64,000 nt of DNA, taken from NCBI RefSeq assembly GCF_021028975.2, contig NC_059430.1, positions 39,680,001 to 39,744,000 of the forward strand, read 5' to 3'. A program made the translations under genes and the position numbers. The stretch comes from Sphaerodactylus townsendi. Its lineage: Eukaryota. A model generated the notes under the pieces. That model did no database searches. It was not told the origin of the DNA and worked only from the letters and a program-made list of their open reading frames with translations. Below, piece by piece: positions 1 to 13,417 of this stretch. The stretch's first letter is position 1. Each line of letters opens with the position of its first letter.

Positions 1-1839
1 TTCCACATTTTCTCTCTCTGACAAGCGTCTCTCCAATGGGCCCTATGGCATGTGCTTTGCTTATTGACTTATTTTTGGTGGTGGCCTAGGGTTGTCAGAT
101 GATGTCAGATCCACGTTGGTAAATTCCTGGAGATTTGGGGGTGAAGGCTGGGGAGGGCAGGGACCTCAATAGGTCCCTGCCCTCCCCACCCTCCAAAGCA
201 TCCGTTTTCTCTAGGGCAGAGGTGTCCAACTGGCCATTCCAGCAGGGGCTAATGGGAATTGTAGTCCATGAACATCTGAAGCGTCAGCATTGGACACCCC
301 GCTCAAGGGGAACTGATCTCTGTAGCTTGGAGATGAGCTGTAATTCCAGGGTATCCCGGGTCCTACCTGGAGGCTGGCATTTCTGTGGCAGCACCGTGAC
401 TCATTTATGGCCTGCTCTATTCCATGAGGTGTTGAAGAGCCACCAACATTCACATGCCACTATTGAGCCAATGAGTCTCTAATCCAGTCTCACCAGAGTG
501 GGCTATTCTGTCAGGGGAGGAGAAAGTATATGTGAGGATGCTATGCAACTCAGCGTATGTGAGGATGCTATGCAACTCTTAGAAACCTTCAGAGTTTGGG
601 GAATTGAATCTGGTTTAACAACAGATGTTTTTATTGTCCTCAAGCAAATCTGCTCCTCTATTCTAAAGGGGTTGTAATGCAGCCAGCTGAAGAAAAACAT
701 CTTTTTCTTCTTCGCCAAGAATATATTTTTCATGGAGAGATCAAGGGTGACCATCCGACCATTTTTAGGTCGCATTTTAACACACAAAGTACACAAAACA
801 AAACAAACCTGCAACAGAGACCTTAAACCACTAGTGCTGTAAACAAAAGTTATTAGTATATCATAAAAATTCAATCCAGTAGAAGCTGAAAAACAGATTT
901 TTGTCTCTTCATCAACATACCAAAGGAGAGCATTCGACTGTTGGTGCCACCACAGCCAAAGCAAGAAACACTCCCTAAACTGCAAAGTATTAGCAGATCC
1001 AGTTCAGTCCAAACTCTTTTCTGGCACAGGCTCATAGGATTGGCCTGTAAATTGCAATTAAAACATAACTCATGTCTGCATAGCATTCATCACACCCAGG
1101 TTTCAACAGCACTATTGCAGACCAGACAGACAACCCGTACTCCCCCAAAAAGGAATGTTACAAAAACACCACAGTCTCATTCCCCAAATTATTCTAAAAA
1201 TGATCTATGACTCACAAGAGCCTGTGACAAATAGAACATCATGTAGCTGGAAATATGATTGGATACTGAGATAACAGAATGCTCCATTTATGTATGTGAA
1301 TTTAGTTGCCTGGAGCATAATTTTGCTACCAAAGTTCAGGAATTATGAAGATTTCAGCTTCCAGAATCATGACAGGGACTTTTAAATTATTTATGTGTGT
1401 ATTTTTTTAAATTTATGAATATTTTACCCTGCCTTATACAGAGGTCTCTAGGCAGCTCACAATAAAGTTAAAATAATAAAACATACCTATGAAAACATCA
1501 TAAATAAAACAGTAACAATAAAGCATCATAAAATCAACCCCAACGCTCACTTTGTCACCCCCACCCCCAGAACATCAGCTGTAGAGGTGCTTCCGGGGGG
1601 GAAGAATAAAGTCCTTGTCATGCACCTAAACTCATAAAGGCCAGGCACCTGTCAAATCTGGGGGGAGACTATTCCAGAGCCTAGGGCAATCATGGAGAAA
1701 GCCCTTCCAGGTACCCCAGCCCCCAGTCAAAATGCACACGTGTAACCCAGGTGAATGGTGCTTGAGGAGAATGCCCTCTCCCCCTCCCCCCGGGATAACC
1801 CTCTAGTGCCAGAGTTACACTCTGGCATAGTTACACTTA

Positions 1840-2308
1840 CAGCCCAATCCGAGGTGGGGGTGTTGAATACACCTATGGAGGTGCTGCAGGGCTGTGCCAG
1901 CAGATTTGCCCTCCCTGGAGCACTTACCCCAGCAGAGGGGCGAATCTGCTGGAGGGCAGGCGCTGCAGCTCTCCACAGCAAGCAGACATGGGGCAGAATG
2001 CCCTGATGGTGCTTCTCCATCCCGGTTGGGCCACCTCCATCAGCATTCTGGGGGTGTGGCCAGGGCACAGCTGACATTAGTCAGCTTCCACCCAGTCTTT
2101 GCCTGCCAAAACGCTGGCACATGGGTTTGGGTTTATGCCACCTTTTTGGATGGCATAAGCCCATAGAGCCCAATGAAGGACTTTTCGGCAGAAGAGAGGC
2201 TTAAACAATTTTTTTTACTCCCTGCACTGTCAAGAAGCCCTCTTGCAGACAGTGGGGCAGTGCCAAAATGATGCTTTGTCCAGCTGCCACAGGCTATGGA
2301 TTGGGCTG
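1840..2308. mobile_element. Non-autonomous TIR DNA element
   Basis: Terminal inverted repeats CAGCCCAATCC ... GGATTGGGCTG. Confidence 0.55.
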
Positions 2309-2554
2309 CCCATCAGCTCTCTTTGTGGTTTTGTCTCCCTCCAGGATTACACAGTTAGTTCATTTATGATGAAATTCATTTATTGTAAAGAGAAAGTATT
2401 TGCAAAGTTAATTTCTCTTTAATTATATTCTATATCCCCATTCCTCTTTCTGGTCAAGTTTGTAGTTTTTCTAATTTTTAAAATTAAAACAACTTGTGTC
2501 CTACGCACAGTGGGATGTATGGCTGGATGTTGATTAATGTTTTTTTAAAAAATA

Positions 2555-3593
2555 CTAGCGGAGCCTGGCCACGCATTGCTGTGGCAATTGTCCTTCTCAT
2601 CACAGTCCGCAACCCACACAGATGTCCATGCAGGTCCAATGATCCCCAGCATAGCCTTTTGGGGAGGTCAAATGGAATCCCTCTTTCCCTTTTCAATTCA
2701 CATCGTTATATGGTGCTGTCTTGTTTTTTTAGTATAAGGTAACCCTTTCCATTCCACAACGGAACTGTCCAGAGTGCAAATCCCGCTGTCCATGAGGCTG
2801 GTTGACACGCACAGTCCTGGCTTGGGTAAGGCAGAACTGGGGCAAGGAGGCTATCCCAGTCAGGCAGCAGAGGCAGGGTGGTGAGGCGCTCAGATCGAGG
2901 CCAGCTCCCTGGATTCTTAAAGGGCCATGTGCAAAAGAAGCGGAGCCAGTAGTGTTGGTTCACCCCCAACCCGCGGATTTTCTTAGAAGAAAAAGGCAAA
3001 CTCCAGCTCGCTTTTAGTAAAAGAGAGCTGTGGCGAATATGTGTGAGGAAGTGGGTAAGTGGTGGTTGGATGTGAGGGAGGGCAGAGTGAGGTGTATGAG
3101 GATGAGCTGGATGTGTATGAGAGTTTGTGTGTTATGTGATAGCAGTGGGTGAGGCACAAAGAGTGAAAGTTACCTGCGTGTGAGGGGGGGAACCCCCTCC
3201 TCATGTCTCACACGGCAAAGTGTGTATGTGTTTCACTTCCACTCGTATTACCTACCAGTATTACCTATTTACTGTTTTCACTGCTCATCTCTGGCCATCT
3301 GAGCGAACATTCTAAGCCCTCATACCAACCCCTCAGGCAACAGACATGCTGCACGAACATTCTAAGGGTGACAGTTGAACACAGCCAGCTTCATGGCCTG
3401 GTGCGCCAGGAAAAAGACATTTTACCTGGCTCAGGAATGGACTTTTGGCTATTTAAAAGTCCAATTACCTGCCCGCAACAGGGAGGAACGTCATGTGAAA
3501 ATTTGGGGGCGATCCATCCAGCCGTTTCGGCGTTAGATCATGACTAACAAAGTCACTGTTAGCTTTATGTATATATATATATATATATATAGA
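2555..3593 (-). mobile_element. Non-autonomous Helitron
   Basis: On the minus strand it starts TC (then (TA)n) and ends CTAG, with a subterminal hairpin GCCAC...GTGGC (2568-2585). It is inserted between A and T with no TSD. Confidence 0.8.
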
Positions 3594-6500
3594 TTTAACT
3601 GATGAGGATACAATTGAAAAGTTGGCAAAATAAGAAAATTGCATTAGCCCCCATGGAGGACTGTATTATGCTACAAGGCCTTTTCAAATTAAGAAAAAAG
3701 GAAGAAATTATTATAGTTGTCGATGTGAATTAGCCACTAAGCTAATAATACTGGCTATTGCTATATAGCCTAACACAAGAAACTATAAAGGAAGGATCCT
3801 TGTATTAAATTGAGGTAGGCACTCTACTAGAGATCATTGAAACAAAAAGAGCATTTTGAGTGAAAGGTATCAGTCTCTCAACTGTCAGAGACTAATTACA
3901 TTTTTTTTTTAAATGTAGTCTGTTTTTATCTGAGAGGAAACAAAAAAGGAGGGGAGGAAATCTCTGAACAACAAGAACAAGGGGTACAAAGTACCAGAGG
4001 TCTGAAAAATAATTGTAGAAACATCCAAATACCAAAAAGTACATATATAACTCAGTAATTGCAAAATGTGGTAGAAAATATTTTAAAAAAACAATTTTGA
4101 TTACAAAAATACAGGTATTCAAATATATGCAAACAAGGTTTTTCCACTCAACATATATAGCATGAACAAGTCTGAGGACCTTTATATTCTCCATTGGAAA
4201 GAATGAGAAATTTGGGGTGAACTTTTGAAATTAATGAAATTTGCTAAGACAGGATAGGGTGCAACAATTTGCAACTCTCTCTTACTTTAGTATAGGTATG
4301 TCTGTAATTTTACTTGCAGAAAATGAAATCATACTTGTAAATTCCATAAATATGTCAATTAATATAATTTTTGTTCTAAGCTATAAATCATGTGTTTCGT
4401 ATTGCTAACCAGTAAAATATATTTACCGGGAGGTTCAACAGGAAATTATGTACTGCATATGTTTCAATTTTCCAAAAAAAAAAAATCTGGTTTTTTTAGT
4501 GGGGGGATTATTTTTATGACCTCATTCTGCCCTGTTTTATCCTTGCCAGAATTCTATGAAGTTAGGCTGAGAGAGCGACGGGCTCAAGAATTACCCCCAA
4601 GCTTCAGGGCAGAATGGGAATTTAAGGCAGAACCTACTCTGTGGCTGTCTCATATTTAGAGCGACAATAGATTTCGAGAAGAATCACGGGAAACCTACAA
4701 AGCACCATTGTGCAGCAACCCAGAAACAGTTTGGTAATTTATTAAATCCCACAGCACTTTAGTCTAAGGAATCCGACTTTAATGCTTGGAATCACAGTAG
4801 TCATTGTACTTTGCAATCACTGATTCTGCAGGCAATGATGACCTTCTTAACTAGTCACACAATCCATAATCTAGCCCAGACAAAGTCAGTCAATTTAAGC
4901 CAATGCAGTTCCACTGATCCCTTTGCTTTAATTAAATGTGGCCCATGCTCTGAGTAAAGTTGCCAAATTGGGGGGGGGGGGGGGGGCAGAAAGGAGAACC
5001 CAGCCCGACCTGCTTCGCCACCTGTGCCCAGCGGCCACAGAGTCTGCATAAATCAGCAAGAGAAGCTTTTCATGGCAGAGATAAAGTACCTTCTCTGCTC
5101 CTGTCTGCAGATCAAATTTCTGTTAGGAGCCATGGGGGGAAAACTGGCAGAGTAGCGAGCAGATTAATTGTCTCCAAACAGTGACTGTAAAGGGCATGTT
5201 CACACACATTAATGCATCCATCAGCCCAAACCTGCTTTTGTACATTGGTGACATGAAAATGCAAAGTGTGTAAACACAAGCCAAAACAGGTCAGGTTCTC
5301 TCCTTGAAAGAAAATGAAAACAAAACCTGGCTTTGATTTCACCTGCATGTGGACAATATAACACGCCCAGCTTCAGATTGCCTGTGCTGAGTTCATGCAG
5401 GCCCCAGCTAGCCTGTGCTGTAAATGTGGCTGCCAGTCAGGCACAAAGGGAGACAATGTACACAAAACACAAAAGTGCTAGATACATGTCAAGCCTTATC
5501 TACATTCCTCAAGCAACAACATCTGCACAGGAGTTTGCCCCATTGTTCTACTGGGGAAGGAAGATGCCTTCCTATACTTCCTGTTTAGCACTAAAGCAGG
5601 GGCACAAGTTGTTCTGGCACAGATATTCCCTTCTTAGGAAAGCATTTTGAATGCCAGAACATAGGAAGTCATTAGCCTGAATCCCATGTTTAACAACAGA
5701 AGTAGCTTGCCTACACAGAACTCCACTACAAATTGATAAACAAATTTCATTGAAAAGAACCTTAGGGTTCTGTACTATGTTTATACAATGTCCCTTCAAA
5801 AGATTCCCAGTTGAGATCAGTCTTCTATAATGTGCAGACACTAAGGAATGCTGGATATATTCTAGGGCACACAACCAGTTCATGCTAGGTAACAGTAAGG
5901 TGCCTCACATGAATTTGAAAGTATGTCCTTGAAAATATTCCAGATATGTTGGATGTGAATTGGGGTTCCAGCACAGATAGATCAATATGGAAAAGGTTCT
6001 TTGGATTCAATTTAACTAGAATGGTGTTAAGACTGGTGATTGTGTCATCAACAAGAGCTCATTTTGTGAGATGACTTCTTGAGAGGTAGGTGAATCTGTC
6101 AATTTTTAATAGATATCCACCATAACTGCTTGGAAAAGCTGAAAGGAGGAACAGGAGAAGTTGTGTATATACACAGGAGAGGGTAGTTTCAAACAATTAA
6201 AGAGAAAATAATGTCTAGGTAGACTTAAATAGAATGTGAGGTAGGTGGGAGAACTCAAAGTTGCTCTATGAGCAGCAGTGCACCTTGAAAAGTATCTGTT
6301 TGCCTCCATTTGTGTTCTACTTCTATGTTTATAAAGCAAAGAGTTTTAAAAAGGGAGTCTTTGCCTAAATTTGCAAATCTCCAGACTAAGGGCTGCCACT
6401 GGTACCTATCCCGGAATTGCAACTGATCTACAAACTGAAGACATCAGTTCCCTAGGAGAAAATGGCAGCTTCTGAGGAGTGACTCTATGGCATGTTCCTA

Positions 6501-7074
6501 CTGTGCTTCCCACCCACCCCCACAAATGTCACCCTCCCCAATTACAGCTCCCAAATCTCCAGAAATTTCATAAGCTGGAGTTGGCAATCCTAAATTTAGC
6601 CCGTTTTGTTGGGGGAAAGGCATATCTCTACCATAAAAGGGATTTGAGATCTACTTTTCCACAAAAATGAAAGCTGGGAATTCACAGGAAATGACTCACA
6701 GATTGTTATAATATTATAGAGAGGGAATGATATTCATTTGCCTATTTAAAACAAAAACAAAACCACAGCCCCAGATGGTGGGGGAGGCCATTATAGGGAC
6801 AAGGAAAATGGCTGTTGTCTTGGCAGGCCTGGGAAAAACCTGCCTTTCCCACCCACTTGGCCTTCAACCAGATTTTGAGAAAGATCAGAGAAAAAACAGG
6901 AAAACAGGGAGGTACACAAATGTACCACAGGGTTGTGGGGAAACAAGAAAAGAAAGCCCCAACTTCCCAGCAGGATTGAACTTTGGGCAAGTAACCTGCG
7001 CGGAAACAGCCAAAGACCAGCAGCATTATGCATTTTTATAGAAGATGGCATGGAATGTTACACAAATACAAGGC

Positions 7075-10072
7075 ATGATGTTGATGATGTTATCCATTCA
7101 GTTGTTCTCGATCCTTAGTGACCCGATATGCAAGCTCTTTCCACATTTTTCTATTAAGTACTGCTTCCTTCAGCTGGTTGTTGCTCATGCCTGTATCAGC
7201 TTTTATGGTATCTAGCCATCGTGTTCTTTGGTGTCCAGGTCTTCTCCTGCCATTGACAAGTCCAAGCATTATAGATGTTTCTAGCGAATTTGATCGCATC
7301 ACATGACCAAAGTATGTAAGTCTGAGCCTGGTTATTTTCCCTTCTAGTGAGGTATCTGGTTTTATGAGGCTCAAGACTTCTGCATTTGTTACCCTAGCTG
7401 TCCATGGTATGCGCAGTAGTTTTCACCAACACCACAACTTGAAAGCGTCTATTCTTCTTCTTTCAGCTTTCTTTATAGTCCAGCTTTCATAACCAAAGAT
7501 GGTTATTTTTTTAAAAATTTATTTTTCAAACTTATATACCGCCCAACCCCCGAAGGGCTAATGAGGAAGATGATGGCTTGGACTAGCCTGTGCTTGGTTT
7601 TGATGCTGATGTCTCCACTTTTCCAAATTTTATTCATGCTCAGCATGGCGCTACGTCCTTATGCTATTCTCCGCTTTATCTCAGGAGTTACTTCTCCGTT
7701 ACAGTCAATTTTTGAGCCTAGGAAGATGAAGTCTTGGACGTACTCAATGTCCTTATTGTCAATGCTAATTTGGGGCCGATCTATGCTAGCTGTTGTCATG
7801 ATGTTTGTTTTTTTCATATTGAGATGGAGGCCCATTTTTTCGCTTTCAGTTTTGATCTTTACTATCAACTGTCTCAGATTGCTCTCGGTCTCTGCAAGCA
7901 GTGTTGTGTCATCTGCCAAGTAATGCTTGAAGATTGTTGATGTTTCTGCCACCAATTTTCACTCCTATTTTTGAGTCTTCTAGCTCCGATTTTCGTATGA
8001 TCACTTCCAGCATAGAGATTGAACAAGAGTAGGGTAAGAGGAATGCAGGCCCCTTGTCGGACACCTTTTGCCTAAATTTTGGAACCACAGTCTGTGTCCC
8101 CATGTGCCATTCCCTCACTGTGTGGCTTCCTGGTTGGTGTAAGGACAAGCTGTATCCAGCTTGATCAGATGTGGTGACACACCTAGTTCTTGCAGGGCTT
8201 ATGCCATAGCTTATCATGCCTCTACACAGTCAAATGCCTTGCAGTAATCAAGCTGAAGCACATGTAGGTGTTCTTCACCGAGTATTCTTTCGAGGCTTTC
8301 TCCATGATCCATCGCTAAAGTTTGCAATGTGATATGGCAAGTGCCACGCGGCCACGTTGAAAGCCTCCGCCTTTCGTACATCAGGGAATTCTGTGCTTTG
8401 ATGATTGACAATCTTTAGCCTTTCTTGTATTATCTTGAGGAAAAAATCTTGCTTTGCATGTGCAGGATGAGGGGCTATTGTCGCGATAATTGGAACAAAA
8501 CCACGGTAACTTCCTCACCTTTCTTTTAGTAAAGCTGGATGAAGACTGATCTTTTCCAGTCCTGGAGGCTACTCAGTGGATTCCCATACTGGCATTCTGG
8601 CACAGGGCCATGATGGCTTTTAACTGGTATGCGGGCTGCATTAACTTCTGCTCGGGATATTGTCTTCATGCCAGGTGCTTTGTGTTTTAGCTAGTTGCTT
8701 CATCGCCTAACTGACTTCTGACTCCAGGATTGGTGGCTCCCAAATCCAGGTTGCTCATGCCTCTCATGTGTGTTGGAACCGATTTCTATGCCCTGCAAGG
8801 AATAGGTAACTCTTCTGTGTATTCTTTCCACCTTTCCTTGATGCTAGGGTGGTCGAATGGTCATTCCTTTCCCTTTCTTGTCCTTGATGTGTTTCCTTTG
8901 ACGGGCTACAAGTGAAAAGGTTTTCGTGGTTCTTCTTGATCTGTGAGAAGAGGCTCCTTGTGTAGCCTTCCAGAAGAGTCTTCTTCAAGTTTGCCCTTTT
9001 ACAAGCGCTCTCATTCCAGTCTGCTTCTTTATCTTTCCTTGTTGCCTCAGCTGAAAAATCAGCATTCAGCTTTCACACTTCACTCCTTTGTTGCCAGCTG
9101 CTTTTGCTGCTCTTCTATTGTCTGCAATTTTGATGGTTTGTTCTGACAACCAGTATTGTCATTTTTCTGGCTTCTTGACATGCTTGTGGGCTGTTCCCAT
9201 GATTGTTTTCTGTATTTCATCCCACAGCTCCTTCAGGAGTTTCCTTTCTCTTGCTGTGTATTGAGTAAGCTCCAAAATCTATTTTGTCACCTCAATAGTA
9301 TATGAAAGAGGGACTTTGGATGTTTCAAATTTTCTTATTGCTGCGCCTTTTTTGATGCTACAGAATCTGACCCTAATCTTAGCTGCAAGAAGTTCGTGGT
9401 CTGAACCACAGTCAGCCCTGGAAAGATTTTTGCCGCCATGATCGAGCAGAATGAAGTTGATCTGATTACGGTGGAGTCCATAGGGGAATTCCATGAGTAC
9501 AGTCGGCGTTTTGGCTGCATGAAAAATGTGTTTGTTATCCTGAGCCGATTTTCTTGGCAGAACTGTACCAAACGATCGCCAGCTTCATTTCTTTCTCCAA
9601 GCCCGAAACGGCCTACAACATCTGCCTCTGACTGGTTTCCAACTTTGGAGTTGAAATCGCCCATGATGTAGACAACATCCTTCTTTGGAAGTTCGTTCAG
9701 AGTTTTTTGGACTTCAGCATAGAAGTCTTCAACTACCTCCTCATCGGCATCCGTCGTCAGAGCGTAGACCTGCATAATGGAGATGTTCACTGGTTTACTG
9801 TGCATACGGATGGCCATGATGCGATTGTTGGTTGCTTTGAAACTTTCTAGTGCCTTTGAGGTCTTCTTGTTTGTGATAAAAGCCACTCCATTCCTTCTGA
9901 TGTCATCATGTTCGGAATAAAATACTGTGAAATCATCTGATTGAAAATATCCATTCCCAGTCCAGTGTAGTTCACTGATTCCGAGAATATCAATATGAAG
10001 TCTTGTCATTTCACGTTTTACAATGTCGAGTTTGCCCAAATTCATGACACGCACATTCCAAGTTGCCAAGGC
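7075..10072 (-). mobile_element. RTE-clade (BovB-like) LINE, degenerate
   Basis: APE endonuclease ORF 9335-10069 (ATWNVR, LGISE, MGDFNSKVG); RT fragments (DYCKAFDCV, ADDTTL, FIFLGSKI); C-terminus (YFGHVMR...RWLDTIK); short-repeat tail near 7075-7090. Confidence 0.92.
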
Positions 10073-10260
10073 ATGAAATTATACAAATGGAATAATGGAA
10101 TGATGTTCAGTGAATTATGTAGATATTCCATTGTTCCCTAGAGGGGAATCAATCCAAATCTTTAAGGTAGTTGACACAGACACTGTATGAAGCACATGAG
10201 CAGGGCAAGGAGAGAGATGCAGTCTTCTTAAAGGAGAGGAACCCAATGACCTGTTTCCAA

Positions 10261-11143
10261 CAGTAGCATAGCACCCACAGGGACATGTGGGGTCACATGT
10301 TCTGGGCGGAGAACATTTGGGTCATGTGGGGGGTGGAAAATCACCCCCACATCCTTTCTCCCTCCCCCCTGCTGCGCCCCAGACAGGGGCTCCTAGCCAG
10401 GCCCAGCAAAGGGGAAGGTTCAGCCGGCGCTCCCAGGGCTGGGAGTGGCATGGCTTGCACTGTGAAGGGTGCGCTAGCTGGGGAGAGGGCCTTCCCAGTT
10501 GGGCGCGGCAGGCAGGGAGGCGGCGCCGGGACTGGCCTCTCCCCAGTCAGCGTGCCCTCCGCAGTACCAGCCACACCGCCTCTGGTCCTAGGTGTGCCAG
10601 CTGAGCCTTCTCTTGCGGGGCCAGCTGGCCCTGGTGCCACGTCCTTGCCTGGCACGCCCAAATGGGAAGAAGCACTGAGGCCTGGCCTGCAGGGCTGCGC
10701 CTTGGTGGCTGGCCCCGTAGAAGGCTCAGCAGGCGCACCCAGGGCTGGGAGTGGCATGGCCAGCGCTGCGGAGGGTTCACTGGCTGGGAGGAAGGCCTTC
10801 CCATTTGGGCACGCCAGGCAGGGAGGCGTCTCTGTGGCCGGCCTCTCCCTGGCCAGCATGCCCTCAGCAGAACCAGGCACACTGCTCCCAGGTCAGAACA
10901 GGGAAGGAGGGGTGTGCCACATGGGGGGCAATTTTGCAAAAAAAAAAAAAAAACCCCACGCCTCCCCTGCACTGACTTGGCTCATCTGAGGAGATGGCGC
11001 CCCTCAGCCCCACCTCGCCAGGCAGCCCGGGACCACTGCTGGCTCAGGTAACTGGGGCGCGGGGAGCGCAGCTACCATGGGGTGCGGGGGCACTGGTGGT
11101 GTCCATTTTGCCCCAGATGCCATTTCCCCCCACTAAGGCTCTG
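10261..11143. mobile_element. hAT-type non-autonomous element with an internal ~305-bp tandem duplication
   Basis: 8-bp TSD GTTTCCAA (10253-10260 and 11144-11151), CAG...CTG termini, and repeated blocks near 10415-10570 and 10720-10875. Confidence 0.75.
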
Positions 11144-11249
11144 GTTTCCAACGCACTGTAATGCCAGAAAGATCAGAACTAAGTTCAGGGTTAAAGGATA
11201 TTAGTTGTTTCTTATACAATAAAATGTTTTTATGGATGTGGCCATTATT

Positions 11250-11645
11250 TTACTTTTTTAAATGTTTTTATTGATATTTTGGATCATTACATGCTTATGC
11301 TATACATCGTTATATTCCATTTTTCATATCCTTTTACCCCCTTCCCCCCCACCCCCTCTTCTTCTTCTCTTCTTTAAATGTGCAGCAGCAGGTTCATTCT
11401 TTCTAGTCTTCTTTTCCAGTTTTCTTCTGTGATTCCAATTTCATTTAACCAGTCTTTGAATTCAGTCCAGATCCACAACATATCCTTTTGTTTTTCTTGC
11501 CATATTTGATTTCTTGACATTATATCAAAATTTTCTGATTGTATTTGTTCCCATATTTCTGTATAGTCCAGATTCTTTTGTCTTTCCATGGCCATTATCT
11601 TACTAAAGACATGTACATTCTCTTCTAAAGTACTTTCCAAATGAT
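11250..11645 (-). mobile_element. L1/Tx1-like LINE 3' fragment
   Basis: Trp/Lys/Glu-rich ORF2 C-terminal-like ORF 11374-11640, followed by a purine-rich 3' UTR and an A-rich tail on the minus strand. Confidence 0.5.
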
Positions 11646-12481
11646 GTGGAACAGGAGTTCAGTGGAACTTTAGAAACTAACAATTTTATTTATCCATCAG
11701 ATGCACGAAGCTTTTGTCTGTTAAGCAGATATATTTATGCTTTGGGTATAACAGTGTCAGTGTAATGGATGACTAGTGATGAAGTAAGCTCTGACCCATG
11801 AAAACTTATGCTAAAATAAAATTTGTTAATTTTTAAAGTATTACTGGACTCTTATTTTGATGTGGATCAATGTGGATATTCATATGGGATCTCCAGGGAG
11901 TGTAACCCAATGGAAGTTATATCCCTCATTCTTTCTTTCCTTCCAGGGAAGTTGCAGTGAGAAAGCCTCACTAAACATCTTCTCTCACTTAGATCAGAAA
12001 TGCTCCACATCTTCTCCTCTCAGCTTCTCCCCAAAGATGTGCAGATAAAAGGTAGCACTTGTGAATTACCGTAAAACAATCAGCAGGCGGCACTATTGAC
12101 TCGCCTCTACACAGGACTTTGCATCTCCATCATACCCAGAAAATCATCTCCAGCTTAGCAGAAATACTTACATGCACTTTGTGTTCTGTTCTTTATGTAC
12201 TCAAAGTTGGGGGCTTACAGTCAACAGGACTTCTGCTTTGTAATGGCAGTTGATGGACTCCATGGGCAGGACAACACTAGTTTTAACACACAGAAATACG
12301 TATTAAAAGTTAAAACAAGTCAGCAGAGGGTTTTTTGTTGTGATAATCAGTGTTTTGTGGTCATCATCATCATCATCTCCAATCCAAAAAGTACAAACTT
12401 AAGTAAATAATTTATGACTCCCCTACAGGGCCTTTTGCAACCAGCCAATTGTGCTTTTCAAGGCGAACACTGATTCTAAGG

Positions 12482-13306
12482 CAGGGCTGTTGATGTTGAA
12501 CTCCTTTGTTACAAGGACCAGATACAACACAAATGTGATTTGTTTGGGCTGGGCCCTGGGTGGGTGGGGGTTCCCTTGGCTGACGAGCCCGCAGTAGGCT
12601 TGCCAGCCCAGATCAGCACTGGGGGGAAGGGAGGAGGTGGATGTCTCAGGTGGCTTGCTAGCCCAAATTGAAAGAGGGGTGGCTCATCATCACTGATTGG
12701 GAGTCGGGTGGTTACCTGAACTGGCTACTCCGCAGTGGGCTCACCAGGCCAGGCCAGGCCAGATCAGGAGCAGGGTGGGGTATGTGTGTGTACTGGCGTA
12801 TCCACAGCAAAGTGCAGTGGCTGCCTGGACAGGTGAGTCTGCAGCAGGCTCATCAGCCTGGTACTGAATGGTAGTGAATAGATGGTCAACATGGGGGTAG
12901 GGGGCAATGGTGGGATTCAGCAGGTTCGCACCACTTTGGCAGAACTGGTTGTTAAAATGTGCTTGTAAACAACCAGTTGTTAAATTATTTGAATCCTACC
13001 ACCAGAACCGGTTGTTAAATTATTTGAATCTCACCACTGGTTGGGGGGGCGGGGGGGGGGTTGCTGCTGCTGCTGCTGAGCTCGCAGCAGGCTCATCAGC
13101 CCAGGTTGGCACCCAGGGAGGTGACTCACGTGTCACCAGCACAGAATGGGAGCAGCATGGGGTGGATGCCTGGACGAGCGAGCCGCCATTAGGCTCTCCA
13201 GGAAAGATCAAAGGGCGAGGGGGTTTCCCTCCATTATCTCTTGGGCCTGATAAGCCCTCTCAAGGTACCGATCTGGCTCCCCCCAGCCGCGTGTTTAATA
13301 GCCCTG
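12482..13306. mobile_element. hAT-type element with a nested MITE (12905-13039)
   Basis: CAGGG...CCCTG ends; a related 5' end recurs at 40343. The nested element has CA.TGGTGGGATTCA / TGAATCTCACCACTG ends and a 7/8 TSD (GTAGGGGG / GTTGGGGG). Confidence 0.6.
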
Positions 13307-13417
13307 TTCTAATGCATTCCTACCACTTGTGTCCAGCAAAGGAAAAGTCGTCATAGGAACCTGAAGTGTAGGCTCTCTGTGCTGGTTACGGTTTTTGCTT
13401 CTTCATCTACCTCTTTG

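Noticed and set aside
526-577. Short tandem duplications (also near 25270, 29966, 52914, 57722 and 63870)
   Set aside because: Two- or three-copy slippage duplications with no sign of function.
9335-10069. Endonuclease ORF as a host gene
   Set aside because: It is the APE domain of the frameshifted RTE LINE.
10285-10989. 234-aa Gly/Ala/Pro-rich ORF and overlapping ORFs
   Set aside because: Lies inside a GC-rich, TSD-flanked non-autonomous element; open in several frames on both strands; no recognisable domain.
1-13400. MGAT3 coding sequence expected upstream by synteny
   Set aside because: No glycosyltransferase-like ORF is visible in this interval.
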